Position numbers and translations under genes: made by a program. Positions 37,937 through 47,806 of a DNA stretch of 64,000 nucleotides are shown here, one piece after another. Positions within the stretch are counted from its first letter, which is position 1; every line of letters starts with the position of its first letter. Below the pieces are notes generated by a model. That model searched no databases. It saw nothing but the letters and a program-made list of their open reading frames with translations, and was not told the DNA's origin. The stretch lies in the NCBI GenBank assembly GCA_034670025.1, contig JAXMOE010000001.1, positions 229,889-293,888 on the forward strand, given 5' to 3'. Origin of the DNA: Chlorobiota bacterium (GTDB lineage: Bacteria > Bacteroidota > Ignavibacteria > Kapaibacteriales > UBA2268).

Positions 37937-38729
37937 AAGTCTTAACATATTAAAATCTATAAGAGAAAATATTTCATCTGAAATTGAGATTATAAGTGAT
38001 GGCGTAGATAGCTATGAAGTCATTACTCCGTTCTATTTTGATGATGGGGATATGTATACTATTAGACTTGAAAAGTCAACCTTTAATAACTGGTATTTCA
38101 CTGACGAAGGAAATACATTTATGCGATTAAGCTACGAAATGGATGTAAATAATCTGACTAAAGAAGGTAGAAGATTTGAAATTGTTAATTCAGTTGTTAA
38201 TTCACTAGATATTCAAAACTCTGATGGAGAATTAATATCAAATGTACAAAATGAGGAATATGGTAAATCATTATATAATTTGATTCAATGTATAACTAGA
38301 ATTAATGACATATCTTTTTTAAGTAGAGAGAATGTTAAATCTACTTTTATTGAAGATTTTAAATCTTTTATTAATAGTGAACTTAAGGATAAACACTTTG
38401 AATTTGATCATCATATACCTAAATATGATATTGGAAAGAAGTACCCTGTTGACTGCATGATAAACAGTGTCCCCAATAAGAAACCTCTTTTTCTTTTTGC
38501 AATAAATAGTGATAGTAAATGTAAAGATGTTACTATAAATATTCTTCAATATCAAAAGTGGGACATTGCTTTTAAACCAATTGCAATATTCGAAGACCAA
38601 ACTAATATCAGTAGAAACGTGCTTGCTAGATTCTCTGATGTTGGCGAAAAACAATATTCGAGCCTGTATTCAAACAAGGAAGGTTTAGCGAAACAATTTA
38701 AAGAATTTTATAACATTCAAAATTTTTAA
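37905..38729 (+). CDS. hypothetical protein (274 aa)
   Basis: ORF with a 32-nt overlap onto the preceding gene, consistent with an operon. Confidence 0.45.
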   Translation: MKSNQNYLMSKSLNILKSIRENISSEIEIISDGVDSYEVITPFYFDDGDMYTIRLEKSTFNNWYFTDEGNTFMRLSYEMDVNNLTKEGRRFEIVNSVVNSLDIQNSDGELISNVQNEEYGKSLYNLIQCITRINDISFLSRENVKSTFIEDFKSFINSELKDKHFEFDHHIPKYDIGKKYPVDCMINSVPNKKPLFLFAINSDSKCKDVTINILQYQKWDIAFKPIAIFEDQTNISRNVLARFSDVGEKQYSSLYSNKEGLAKQFKEFYNIQNF

Positions 38730-38920
38730 TTTTATGGTTCTTTAAACCATATAAAACCATCACATTAATTGCCATCTTTTTTGAACGATTATTACATTTT
38801 AAATCTCACAATAATTTGTAAATAATTTTCCAAGAACCACTCCATTTATTGCAACCCTTACCTACTAACCTCCAAAATCGGTAAATCTTACAAACTTATT
38901 CTCATTCTTTAATTTTACCC

Positions 38921-38962
38921 TATAAAAAAAAAGCCCAACTATAAAAGTCAGGCTTTAGAATT
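38921..38962 (-). terminator. probable intrinsic terminator for the minus-strand repeat-protein gene
   Basis: AAAGCC...GGCTTT stem followed (on the minus strand) by a T9 run. Confidence 0.4.
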
Positions 38963-38978
38963 AAAATCTAATTAAAAT

Positions 38979-40874
38979 TTACATTACAACTAAAGTTACC
39001 AATCCTGTTCCATCTAAAGTATTAGTCCCTGTACTTGTTGGATTATTTTGTATCTGTATTTTAAGTGTACCAGCAGTATTTGTAACAATAGTACCTATAA
39101 ATCTATAAGGCGTAGATAAAACAGAAGAATTTAAATCTTCAAAATTAGTTGCATCATAGCCAAAATCTCCATCAAAAAAACCAGAAGTAAAAGTACCAGT
39201 GTAGTTAATCCTAGTGTCAATTTTCCCAGATCCAGTTTCATTAACTTGGAAATAGCCAAAAAGTTGATATACGGTATTTGCAGCTAAAGTGAATTCAATT
39301 CCTGTATCTTGATATGTACTACTTAACGTTAAACTGTTAGGTGTATCAGTAGATGCTGTAGCTCCACCACCACCACCTGCAACTGTAGCCCAGCTTAAAT
39401 TAGTTCCATCAGTTGTTAAATATCTACCAGAATTACCTGATTGTGACGGTAAATTACCTTGCTTTCCATCTAACTGAGTTTGTACATTTGAAGTTACAGA
39501 ATTAATAAATTGAAGCTCAGTGCTTGTTACCGAACCGTCTGCTAATTTTGTTGCATCTATTGCAGCACCTGCTTTTATGTCTGAATTTTCAATATTTGTG
39601 ATAGTGTTATTATCTGCATCTATTGATTTATTTGTTAAAGTCTGTGTATCTGTACTACCAACTACGTCTCCCGTTGGTACTGCTTTAACTGCAGTTACTG
39701 CACTAGTTCCATTTCCCTGTAGAAAATTACCAGTTGCTAAAGTTGTTGCTCCTGTACCACCATTTGTAACTGACAAAGTTCCACTTACTGAGTTAGCATC
39801 TCCTAATGGCAATGAACCATAAACAGCAGCTGTTCCTGCTGTGCCACTTGAAAGTAATACTTGATTAGCAGTTGCTGAAGAGTTTACTTCTAAGTTAGTA
39901 GCATTTGATAAGATAGTGCTAGACCCACCTGCGTTTAATGTATTTGTAGCAAAAGATAAACCATTACCAGCTGTTATAGTTGCTTGTTTGCCGTCTAGTT
40001 GTGTTTGTACGTTTGAGGTTGTTGAATTAATATACTGAAGTTCAGTACTTGTTACAGATCCATCAGCTAACTTAGTCGCATCAATTCCAGCATTGGATTT
40101 AATATCTGCATTCTCAATATTAGTTATTGAGTTATTATCTGCATCTATTGATTTATTTGTTAAAGTCTGTGTTGCTGTTGTACCCACTAAATCCCCTGTA
40201 GGTAAACCAGTTGTGGCAGATAATAGACCTGAAGAATTTGCAGATACAATTCTATTGCCTGTGCCTGTTAGAGAACTTACAGTAACATTTGTGGGTGTCA
40301 ACGATAATGCATCTGTACTATTTACACTAATTACACCTGTATTTGCACTATAACTTAGCTCCATTTCTGTATTATTCAATTCTCCATTGTCTGGACCTAT
40401 GTGTAGGGTGCTACCGCCTACATAAACATCATCCCATCTGTTATCATCTGCTCCAATAGTACCGTTAAGTGTTTGTGGGTTAAAATTACCACTATTGTCT
40501 AACACCGTCGCTTCAGCCTGTATTAATATTAACTGGTCATATCTTTTTTGAGAAAATAATGTACCATTTACATAAATATCTAATAATGTAAATGTATTGA
40601 TTACAGAAGCATTAATTCCTGACCAGTCGCCTGTAGACCCACCCGCTGGGTAATCGTTTACGTTAACTATTACTATTCCATTATCGTTTGGTGCTAGACT
40701 GAAAGTCTCCCCTCTAAATAACAATGTATTACTGGTATAGTCTTTTAGTTCAATATAAACGTTCTGTGCAGCTGTGTTATTAGTGTAATAAGCTACTTTA
40801 GATGGCTCTAATCCATAAGATGTCAAAGAGCAAATAAGTAAGATTAGAACAGTTATAAGTTTGAATTGATTCAT
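38979..40874 (-). CDS. secreted tail-fibre-like repeat protein with signal peptide and two tandem ~140-aa repeats
   Basis: Signal peptide MNQFKLITVLILLICSLTSYG. Repeated block ...TQTLTNKSIDADNN(S/T)ITNIEN(A/S)DIK...IDATKLADGSVTSTELQ(Y/F)IN...NVQTQLDGKQ. G/T/S/N-rich. Confidence 0.6.
   Translation of the reverse strand: MNQFKLITVLILLICSLTSYGLEPSKVAYYTNNTAAQNVYIELKDYTSNTLLFRGETFSLAPNDNGIVIVNVNDYPAGGSTGDWSGINASVINTFTLLDIYVNGTLFSQKRYDQLILIQAEATVLDNSGNFNPQTLNGTIGADDNRWDDVYVGGSTLHIGPDNGELNNTEMELSYSANTGVISVNSTDALSLTPTNVTVSSLTGTGNRIVSANSSGLLSATTGLPTGDLVGTTATQTLTNKSIDADNNSITNIENADIKSNAGIDATKLADGSVTSTELQYINSTTSNVQTQLDGKQATITAGNGLSFATNTLNAGGSSTILSNATNLEVNSSATANQVLLSSGTAGTAAVYGSLPLGDANSVSGTLSVTNGGTGATTLATGNFLQGNGTSAVTAVKAVPTGDVVGSTDTQTLTNKSIDADNNTITNIENSDIKAGAAIDATKLADGSVTSTELQFINSVTSNVQTQLDGKQGNLPSQSGNSGRYLTTDGTNLSWATVAGGGGGATASTDTPNSLTLSSTYQDTGIEFTLAANTVYQLFGYFQVNETGSGKIDTRINYTGTFTSGFFDGDFGYDATNFEDLNSSVLSTPYRFIGTIVTNTAGTLKIQIQNNPTSTGTNTLDGTGLVTLVVM
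39470..40250. repeat. intragenic tandem DNA repeat (two ~260-bp copies about 520 bp apart)
   Basis: 40-bp identical core TATTATCTGCATCTATTGATTTATTTGTTAAAGTCTGTGT at 39613-39652 and 40131-40170, with about 75% identity in the flanks. Confidence 0.7.
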
Positions 40875-41040
40875 TCAATTTACCTCTATTAATTAAATTA
40901 TGATTTGTTTATTGATGCAATTTATAATTATTATTTTAAGCAAACAATAATAATGAAGTCCTGTTAATAATACCTATTACTGGCTATATTAAAATCAACT
41001 ATTATTTTTTCATTGTCATTTCTGGTCTGTTTTTATGATT

Positions 41041-41051
41041 CCCCCCCCCCC
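41041..41051. repeat. C11 homopolymeric tract (G11 on the minus strand)
   Basis: Eleven consecutive C in an otherwise AT-rich genome, about 170 bp upstream of the minus-strand repeat-protein gene start (40874). Confidence 0.9.
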
Positions 41052-41067
41052 GTGCAAAATTATTACA

Positions 41068-41847
41068 TTAGTTTCCTAATACATTCTTTGCTTTTATCGA
41101 TTCAATTTTATTCATAATTAAGTCAAAATCAGCTTCATTCTTAATCTGACTCCATTCAGAGATAAGTAAATCATATTCATTTGAAGTAGTATAGGGTTTA
41201 ATATAAGCCATATTCTTATTGAACTCCCTAATGTCAAATGAAATCGCAGCGTCTATATAAAAATTGACTAACATAAATAATATTAACACTAAGCTTGGTA
41301 AAGAGAATTTAATGATTGATCTTGCTGATTGAATTTTAAAATTAGTTAACAGATTTTCTATAACTTTTTTATCAGACTCAATTTCATTTTGAATCTTTTC
41401 TATTTCTTTGCTAATATTTTCAGGGTCTACTTTAGAGGGTTTTTCCTTGCTGGAATCGTCTATGCTTGCCAATAGCACTTCTGTTCTCGATTCTAGTTTT
41501 ATATTTTCATGCAACAAATTTTTGATAAGCTCAACTTTTCTATCTTTAGTGTTTTCTAAGTTATCTATGAAGAGTGCTAAAATCATAGATAGTGCAACTA
41601 TCATTAGTATACTAGTGGTTCGACTGAACATATAAAGATCTTGACTAGAGACTCGTTTATAGTAATGTTGAATAAAACTATCACTAATATCCATTAATAT
41701 ATTAACGACGTAAGGACCAATAATTGATAGTACCCACAATATTCCTGCTGTAAGTAAGGTAATAAACAAGCTGTATGCTATTTTTTTCATAGTAAATAAT
41801 TCTTTCCAAGATGTGTCCTTGTTTGTCATCCTATATCTCCTTGTCAT
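41068..41847 (-). CDS. hypothetical integral membrane protein with central coiled-coil
   Basis: Hydrophobic segments at both ends and a charged coiled-coil middle. Confidence 0.5.
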   Translation of the reverse strand: MTRRYRMTNKDTSWKELFTMKKIAYSLFITLLTAGILWVLSIIGPYVVNILMDISDSFIQHYYKRVSSQDLYMFSRTTSILMIVALSMILALFIDNLENTKDRKVELIKNLLHENIKLESRTEVLLASIDDSSKEKPSKVDPENISKEIEKIQNEIESDKKVIENLLTNFKIQSARSIIKFSLPSLVLILFMLVNFYIDAAISFDIREFNKNMAYIKPYTTSNEYDLLISEWSQIKNEADFDLIMNKIESIKAKNVLGN

Positions 41848-41933
41848 GTTTAATTAATGATATCCAATTTATAAATTATATTTATAAACATAGAATATTC
41901 CAATGTCAAAATAAACTATTTTTTAACAAGTTT

Positions 41934-42482
41934 TCAAAACAACTGACTCTCAATTTCCTCAATTATCTCTATTATATCGTCATCAGTTAGAGTAAGAAAC
42001 GGTGAAGCAGGCACGTCCATTTCACGTGTGTGTGCCTTAACTTCATATTCTTTCCCTGCTTTTGTTTTCCTCAAGTGCTGAACTACACTAACCTTACCTT
42101 GAAACCCAAAGTTGTGAGCAGCCCCATAAGGAGAAGTCATTTTGATAGATATTTGGTCTTTCCCATAAGGAGTAACATTTACAGAATCACGCATATTTGC
42201 AGATCGATCCAAAGTCCTTTTTAGCGGATTTATCCCTCTACGTTTATAGTCTTTTATAGTACTCTTTGCTAGTGGTTTCCATCTACTATTACCACCTGAG
42301 AACAAATCTACAGAGCTTGAACTGCCATCCCATCTTCCATAGCTAGAAAAGTTCTTGTCTATTGCTGACTCTATTATTTCAGCAATAGTTCCAAGCAAGG
42401 GAGTGATGTTTGAATACTTCTTTTGCACTTCGGCATAAACAGCATTCATTTTGTCAATTAATTCTTTCCTTTCTAAGTCCAT
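41934..42482 (-). CDS. phage virion morphogenesis protein (Mu G-like position/size)
   Basis: 182 aa, immediately downstream of the F-like gene as in the Mu head module. Confidence 0.45.
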   Translation of the reverse strand: MDLERKELIDKMNAVYAEVQKKYSNITPLLGTIAEIIESAIDKNFSSYGRWDGSSSSVDLFSGGNSRWKPLAKSTIKDYKRRGINPLKRTLDRSANMRDSVNVTPYGKDQISIKMTSPYGAAHNFGFQGKVSVVQHLRKTKAGKEYEVKAHTREMDVPASPFLTLTDDDIIEIIEEIESQLF

Positions 42483-43837
42483 TACAAAATCTCATTTAGT
42501 GTTATAATTAATTGTTCAATCTCGTCTTCTACCTTTACAACCTTGAATAATTTATTCCTTCCAATTATTCTATTACTATCATTCTCTGACAGATCACTAA
42601 TATCTACAGCGTTTTTACTATTATATTTCAGTACTAAGTTACCAGATCCTTGACTATCTGAACCAATAATATAATTTCGCTCTTCAATAACTTCATCAAC
42701 AGAATACTTCTTTTTCAACTTACTAAATTCAGAAGGTGCTACGGACTTAGTTTGATATATGTAACCATTTCTGCCAGTAGGAGATTTAACAGCTTTATCA
42801 ATAGCAGTATCAAGAACCTTTTTATATCCAGTTAATATTTTCCCAGAGCTACCACCTGCAGACTTTAACATCTCTTGCATCTTTTCTGTTGTAATTGCAT
42901 TCAGAGAAGACTTTTCTTCTTTAGATAGGTTCTTGTGTGCATTCCGCTTTGTCTTATCTCCTGCTGTCTTCTCCATTGACGATTTGAGTATTGTAGAACG
43001 TTTGGCATTGCTCAAATCCTTTTTTGTGTATTTTGTCTTTGATTTTAATAGCTCTCTTGCCTGTTCCCTCAATTCTCTGGAATACTTCTTCATGTCTTTT
43101 TCAAAGTCCGTGCCTCTAGGGTCAAACTTATCCATTGCATCCAAATCTATCTGAGGAACATTCTTGTCTAGCTTCAAGTCTTTCAATGCTTGACCTACAG
43201 ATTCTACTTTACCACCCATGTTCTTTAATTGCCTTTCTGATAATGACCTCATACGGCAATGACAACCAAATCCATTAGGTGGATATATCCGATGAATCTC
43301 AGGGTCATCAGCTCTAAATATCTTACCTTCTAACTTTTCATGAGTCTTCCTCTTCGTATCCCTTTCTTTTTGCATATAAAGCAAATAAGGTCTGGACTTA
43401 CTCGCTTTCATTTGTTGCTTAAACCTTGCCTGCTGTTGTGCTACCCTGATATTGGTTCGGAGAATTAAGTTTAATCTACTTTCAGAACCTAACTGAATTG
43501 TTTTCATTTCTCCAGTCTTTGGGTCTTTGATTGTCTGCTTCCCCCACCAACCTTTTTTTTGAAGTATCGGTATTAATCCCTCTTTGAACTCCTTAACGGA
43601 TTTCCCAGAGGATTTGAAGTCTTCTATTGCCTTGAAAATATCATCAAGCAAATCTAATTGAGAAACCTTTGCAACTGTGAACGCTTTGGCGTGAGCTTCA
43701 CCGCTAATAGAATCATATCTATCAGTGATGAGCTTACTCTCGCCTTTCTTCCTCAGTGCATCAAGTCCTTTGTCAGCACCTTTGTCTCCGACTTTCTTTA
43801 GTGCATCTGCTAATGTATTTGATAATAGCTTAGGCAT
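42482..43837 (-). CDS. phage head morphogenesis protein (Mu F / SPP1 gp7 family)
   Basis: Conserved ...RADDPEIHRIYPPNGFGCHCRMRS (NCRC motif) and a basic C-terminal half. Confidence 0.7.
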   Translation of the reverse strand: MPKLLSNTLADALKKVGDKGADKGLDALRKKGESKLITDRYDSISGEAHAKAFTVAKVSQLDLLDDIFKAIEDFKSSGKSVKEFKEGLIPILQKKGWWGKQTIKDPKTGEMKTIQLGSESRLNLILRTNIRVAQQQARFKQQMKASKSRPYLLYMQKERDTKRKTHEKLEGKIFRADDPEIHRIYPPNGFGCHCRMRSLSERQLKNMGGKVESVGQALKDLKLDKNVPQIDLDAMDKFDPRGTDFEKDMKKYSRELREQARELLKSKTKYTKKDLSNAKRSTILKSSMEKTAGDKTKRNAHKNLSKEEKSSLNAITTEKMQEMLKSAGGSSGKILTGYKKVLDTAIDKAVKSPTGRNGYIYQTKSVAPSEFSKLKKKYSVDEVIEERNYIIGSDSQGSGNLVLKYNSKNAVDISDLSENDSNRIIGRNKLFKVVKVEDEIEQLIITLNEIL

Positions 43838-45276
43838 TATATTTCCTCTGACACCTGTGTAACAGCAATCATATCAGATATTAATTCCTCTAATTCAGTT
43901 GTGTCAAGGTTTGCATTTACTTCTAAAATACTCTCTTTAATCTCTTCAAATGATTTACCTTTGTTAATCATATTAATGATTGGCTCTACAGTTTTCTGGA
44001 ATTTATCAGCTATTGTGTCTTCTATTTCACTCTGTGCTGAGAAGTTGTTCATAGGTCCAGTTGGTGGAGCGGTCTCCACATTTGATATTTCAAATTCTGA
44101 ATCTTGAAGAGAGTAAGTCTTCTTGATATACTCTTTAGTAAATTCAACCCCTAACCCTTTCAATATTGTATCAGTTTCAGCCTGTGCTTTTATTTCGGAA
44201 GTCTGACCTTTAGCAATTAATTTATAAACAGGGATTTCAGCTTCTTCAACCTTCCCAAAATTTATATGTACCATTTTAGTAATAATATCATTCATATTCC
44301 CAACTACAAGTTTTGCATCTGAGTCTCGAATGATATTTATAGATTGAGTAATCTGTTCTCTGTTTCCCAAAGCTCCTGCAACACTATCTACAGCCGATGA
44401 ATGTGATAAAATAGCTTTAGCAATCTGTTTATCACATACCTCTATGAATCCTTTATATATCTCACTCGAAGATGAGTCATTTCCTTTTATTACAAGAACA
44501 TCATCAGTACCAGGTATTGCACCTGTTCCATCTTGGAATAGTCCATCTAATGCAGAAGTCATTTCGTTAACTTCTTCCTTAGAAGCACTGTAGCTTTCAT
44601 CTTTAGCATTTTTACCAACTAACCCTAACAAGTGTATCATACCATATTTCTCAACAAACTTTGCAAAGAATTTAAGACCTGCCTTTTTAAACATAACGGG
44701 CCAATAACATTTTTTGAAAACAGCATTTCCATAAGGGTTTAAATATGTTGGATAGTTCTGAACTACGGTAAACTTCTGTTTGGAAAGTATTTTACCTTCT
44801 GCTCCGTGCCCTTTCCCTAAAAATCTTAGTCTGTTATTTGTGTCGAATGTAAACCAATGAGGAGGCTTCCCAACAGCACTCGAAATGTATTTATATCCAT
44901 TAGCATCTTCGAGCCAAATTAATTCCATTACAGAGTAACCATAGGCAATAGCATCAAGCATCTCACCAATGGTTTTTTCCATATCCCATTTCTTGATTAC
45001 ATTATTGACAAATTGGAATATATCATCTCTGGTCTTACTTGGATCAAGTTCCCAATCCATTGATTTTACATTATCCTTCCTTAACTGCAAAGCTGCGGAA
45101 ACTTGGTCGTCAATATCCAAGTCATAATATGCAGATAAATTTCTGTTTAAATTCTTTAATACTATATCTGGATTTGGCAACGAACCAAAAATAGAGCTGT
45201 ACGCATTCATATCTTTTGCCTCAGCATCAACTCCAAATATCTCTTTTGCTAATAATTCTTTATTTATATCACCCAT
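43837..45276 (-). CDS. phage portal protein (Mu gp29/DUF935-like)
   Basis: 479 aa, between the large terminase and the F-like gene. Acidic C-terminus. Confidence 0.6.
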   Translation of the reverse strand: MGDINKELLAKEIFGVDAEAKDMNAYSSIFGSLPNPDIVLKNLNRNLSAYYDLDIDDQVSAALQLRKDNVKSMDWELDPSKTRDDIFQFVNNVIKKWDMEKTIGEMLDAIAYGYSVMELIWLEDANGYKYISSAVGKPPHWFTFDTNNRLRFLGKGHGAEGKILSKQKFTVVQNYPTYLNPYGNAVFKKCYWPVMFKKAGLKFFAKFVEKYGMIHLLGLVGKNAKDESYSASKEEVNEMTSALDGLFQDGTGAIPGTDDVLVIKGNDSSSSEIYKGFIEVCDKQIAKAILSHSSAVDSVAGALGNREQITQSINIIRDSDAKLVVGNMNDIITKMVHINFGKVEEAEIPVYKLIAKGQTSEIKAQAETDTILKGLGVEFTKEYIKKTYSLQDSEFEISNVETAPPTGPMNNFSAQSEIEDTIADKFQKTVEPIINMINKGKSFEEIKESILEVNANLDTTELEELISDMIAVTQVSEEI

Positions 45277-46712
45277 TACATGAACCCTTCAGTTATTGAT
45301 TTTTTATTTGTCTTTTTAGGAGAACTGTAGCGTTTAGCCCCTTTGTTCATAGTCTTAATTATCTTCATTAATATTTGTATTGCAATTGAGTATACATCTA
45401 CTTGGTCGTCGTGCTTACCACTTGGAAACCTTGCCAACTCATTAATAAAATCAGTATTCCAACTCATACCTTTAGGCAGATAAACAATTTTATTTTCTAG
45501 TGGGCTTGATACCATATTAGCTCTAACTACCTTGTTCATTGTTTTAACAGACTTTATAGGTATACGGTACTGGTATGGTAAAACTTGTAGTAAAGACTGA
45601 CCACTCCCTGCATCCTCTACATACAATTTATCTGGTTCCCAATAATTGTATAACCTGACAGCATTTTTCTCCAAATTATTAAAGTCAATTTTCTTTCTAA
45701 ATACATCTAATAAATAATAGTGATGCTCATCAATACCAATTGTTAAGCACACAGAAAAATCGTTCGTCTCACTTTCTTTAAAAGCTGTATCCCATACCTG
45801 AATGACGAAGTCTAAGCCCTTTCTCTTTACAACTGGCTTTTCATTATAGTATTGCCAATTGCTTGGGTCAAAGATAATTGAGTTTGTAAGAACTGGCTTT
45901 TGTTGGTATAGTGAAGTGAAGAAACTACCTTGAACTTCTTTCTGCTCTTCTATATACTCTTCATCAAATCTTTGTGGCCACAAAACATCACCTTTCTTTC
46001 TCCCTAAAACATCATCCTCTTCTGCAATAGCAGGAAAGTTTACTACCTCCCAACTATCAGGGTATGTTTCTTGCAAATAGCCTGCAATGTCATCATAATG
46101 CCATCTGGTCATTACAACTATCACAATCCCATTCGGAGATAATCTGGAAAAAGCTGTCGATGCAAACCAATTCTTCATTGACTCCCTGTAAGTAGGGGAA
46201 AAAGCTTCTTCGTGATTCTTAATCAAGTCATCAATTATAAGTAAATCAGCTCCCTTACCAGTAATAGACCCTTTCCAACCGTGAGCTTCCACACCGCCAC
46301 TATGTCTTGATATTTCCCAACTTGATTTTGACTTAGTGCTTTTACTTACATCTAAACCAAATAGATTTTTACCGTGTTCTAAGAACAAATCTCTAGTCCA
46401 ACCGCCATACTTATTAGCAAGGTCAGATGAGTGCATAGTAATAAATACCTTTTTATTCGGATTATTACCCAAATACCAAACAGGAAAATACCTACAAATC
46501 AATTCTGATTTTCCGTGTCTCGGGGGCATATTTATAATTATACGTCTCTTTTTTTTTGCGACTGCATCCAATAGTATATTATTCACATAAAGCAAATGTT
46601 TTGCTAAATGGTACTTCCCACCTGACATATAATAAGCCATAGAGATAGGAGTACCAGTAGCAAATTCAACACTATTAGTCACGGATTTCGTCAAGATTCT
46701 GTTTGCCCTCAA
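45276..46712 (-). CDS. phage terminase large subunit
   Basis: N-terminal ATPase (PRHGKSE Walker A-like). C-terminal RNaseH-like nuclease region (VEDAGSGQSL). Confidence 0.65.
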   Translation of the reverse strand: MRANRILTKSVTNSVEFATGTPISMAYYMSGGKYHLAKHLLYVNNILLDAVAKKKRRIIINMPPRHGKSELICRYFPVWYLGNNPNKKVFITMHSSDLANKYGGWTRDLFLEHGKNLFGLDVSKSTKSKSSWEISRHSGGVEAHGWKGSITGKGADLLIIDDLIKNHEEAFSPTYRESMKNWFASTAFSRLSPNGIVIVVMTRWHYDDIAGYLQETYPDSWEVVNFPAIAEEDDVLGRKKGDVLWPQRFDEEYIEEQKEVQGSFFTSLYQQKPVLTNSIIFDPSNWQYYNEKPVVKRKGLDFVIQVWDTAFKESETNDFSVCLTIGIDEHHYYLLDVFRKKIDFNNLEKNAVRLYNYWEPDKLYVEDAGSGQSLLQVLPYQYRIPIKSVKTMNKVVRANMVSSPLENKIVYLPKGMSWNTDFINELARFPSGKHDDQVDVYSIAIQILMKIIKTMNKGAKRYSSPKKTNKKSITEGFM

Positions 46713-47376
46713 CTTCTTTTAAAATCTTATTGAAGTGTTCTCTCATCTTATCACTTTCTGCTATCACATTCCCTATTCGTTTCTTAGCTTCTTCGTCTTC
46801 ACCAAATCTATTTTCAATAATCTCACCTGCTAAACCGAGAATATTTCTCTCTGTATTAATTAGGTTAATCATGTGTTTCGATGAATCTTTTGTCATCTCA
46901 AATAACTCAGCAACTGTAAGGTCTTCTAGTTCTTTTAAATTATACTTCATATTACCAGCTTCATCAGTAGTGTACAGCTTCTTGTGCAAAGCCAATTTCG
47001 CTAATGAAATTAACTTCTGATATGATTGCAACTCTAATAAATGAGATTTTTCCCTAGACTCCAATGCTTTTTTCTTGGCTTCCATTGTTGCTTCAAGTTC
47101 AATTTTTTGAAGCTCAACAACCCGTTCTTTCCATTGATATTTATCCCTCCAAACATATAAGTGCTGTTTGGATTTAAGGCCCAGTTTATCCTTAACCATG
47201 TCCATATTCCGCTTAGGTCCTAAATCTCTAAATATTTCCCAAGCTTGATATGCCTTATCAGATTCATCTTCCAATCTAAGCAATACGCTATTATCTTTTA
47301 TCATCGGGTCCCCATGCTTTACTGAAACTATGGTCTTTGATAATCTTTTCTTTTGGAATACCTTCCGAAATTCCAA
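46675..47376 (-). CDS. putative terminase small subunit / DNA-binding packaging protein (start uncertain)
   Basis: Directly upstream of and overlapping the terminase large subunit gene. Listed start overlaps the upstream gene by 86 nt; an internal Met is the likely start. Confidence 0.35.
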   Translation of the reverse strand: MEFRKVFQKKRLSKTIVSVKHGDPMIKDNSVLLRLEDESDKAYQAWEIFRDLGPKRNMDMVKDKLGLKSKQHLYVWRDKYQWKERVVELQKIELEATMEAKKKALESREKSHLLELQSYQKLISLAKLALHKKLYTTDEAGNMKYNLKELEDLTVAELFEMTKDSSKHMINLINTERNILGLAGEIIENRFGEDEEAKKRIGNVIAESDKMREHFNKILKEVEGKQNLDEIRD

Positions 47377-47806
47377 GCTTTACAACTTCCTCTTCTTCCA
47401 TTTGAAGTCTTCTCATTATTTCTTGTACCGGAACACCGCCTTTTATCATATCCCCAACAATCTTTGACATCTTAAAAACACCGTGAGTTCCTTTGGCTCT
47501 GTTGTGCCTAATGGTACTCATCTGCTGTGAAGTTAAATCTGTAGGGTTCGTAGTTGTAACAGGAATCTTACCACCATCCCTTTCTTTTATTCTCTTATCG
47601 TCCGATGCAAGCCAACGGTGATAACCATCAACAATCGTATTATCATTATTTTTTACTATTGGTTGAGTCCATCCGTCTTCCAGAATTGAAATTACTAATA
47701 GTTCAAAATCATATTTGGTCATAGAGTTTGGGTTGTAATTGTTTGGGTTTAATGTGTCTCGATCTACCCATTCAATATTATCTATTGGTTGTTTGAAATT
47801 ACTCAT
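47291..47806 (-). CDS. ParB-like nuclease domain protein (IbrB-like)
   Basis: DGYHRW motif of the ParB/Srx fold. 4-nt ATGA overlap with the upstream PAPS-reductase-like gene. Confidence 0.65.
   Translation of the reverse strand: MSNFKQPIDNIEWVDRDTLNPNNYNPNSMTKYDFELLVISILEDGWTQPIVKNNDNTIVDGYHRWLASDDKRIKERDGGKIPVTTTNPTDLTSQQMSTIRHNRAKGTHGVFKMSKIVGDMIKGGVPVQEIMRRLQMEEEEVVKLGISEGIPKEKIIKDHSFSKAWGPDDKR

Noticed and set aside
39520-40353. Plus-strand ORFs (39520..39822, 40093..40353) inside the repeat-protein gene
   Set aside because: Antisense to the long minus-strand gene. They mirror its tandem repeat.
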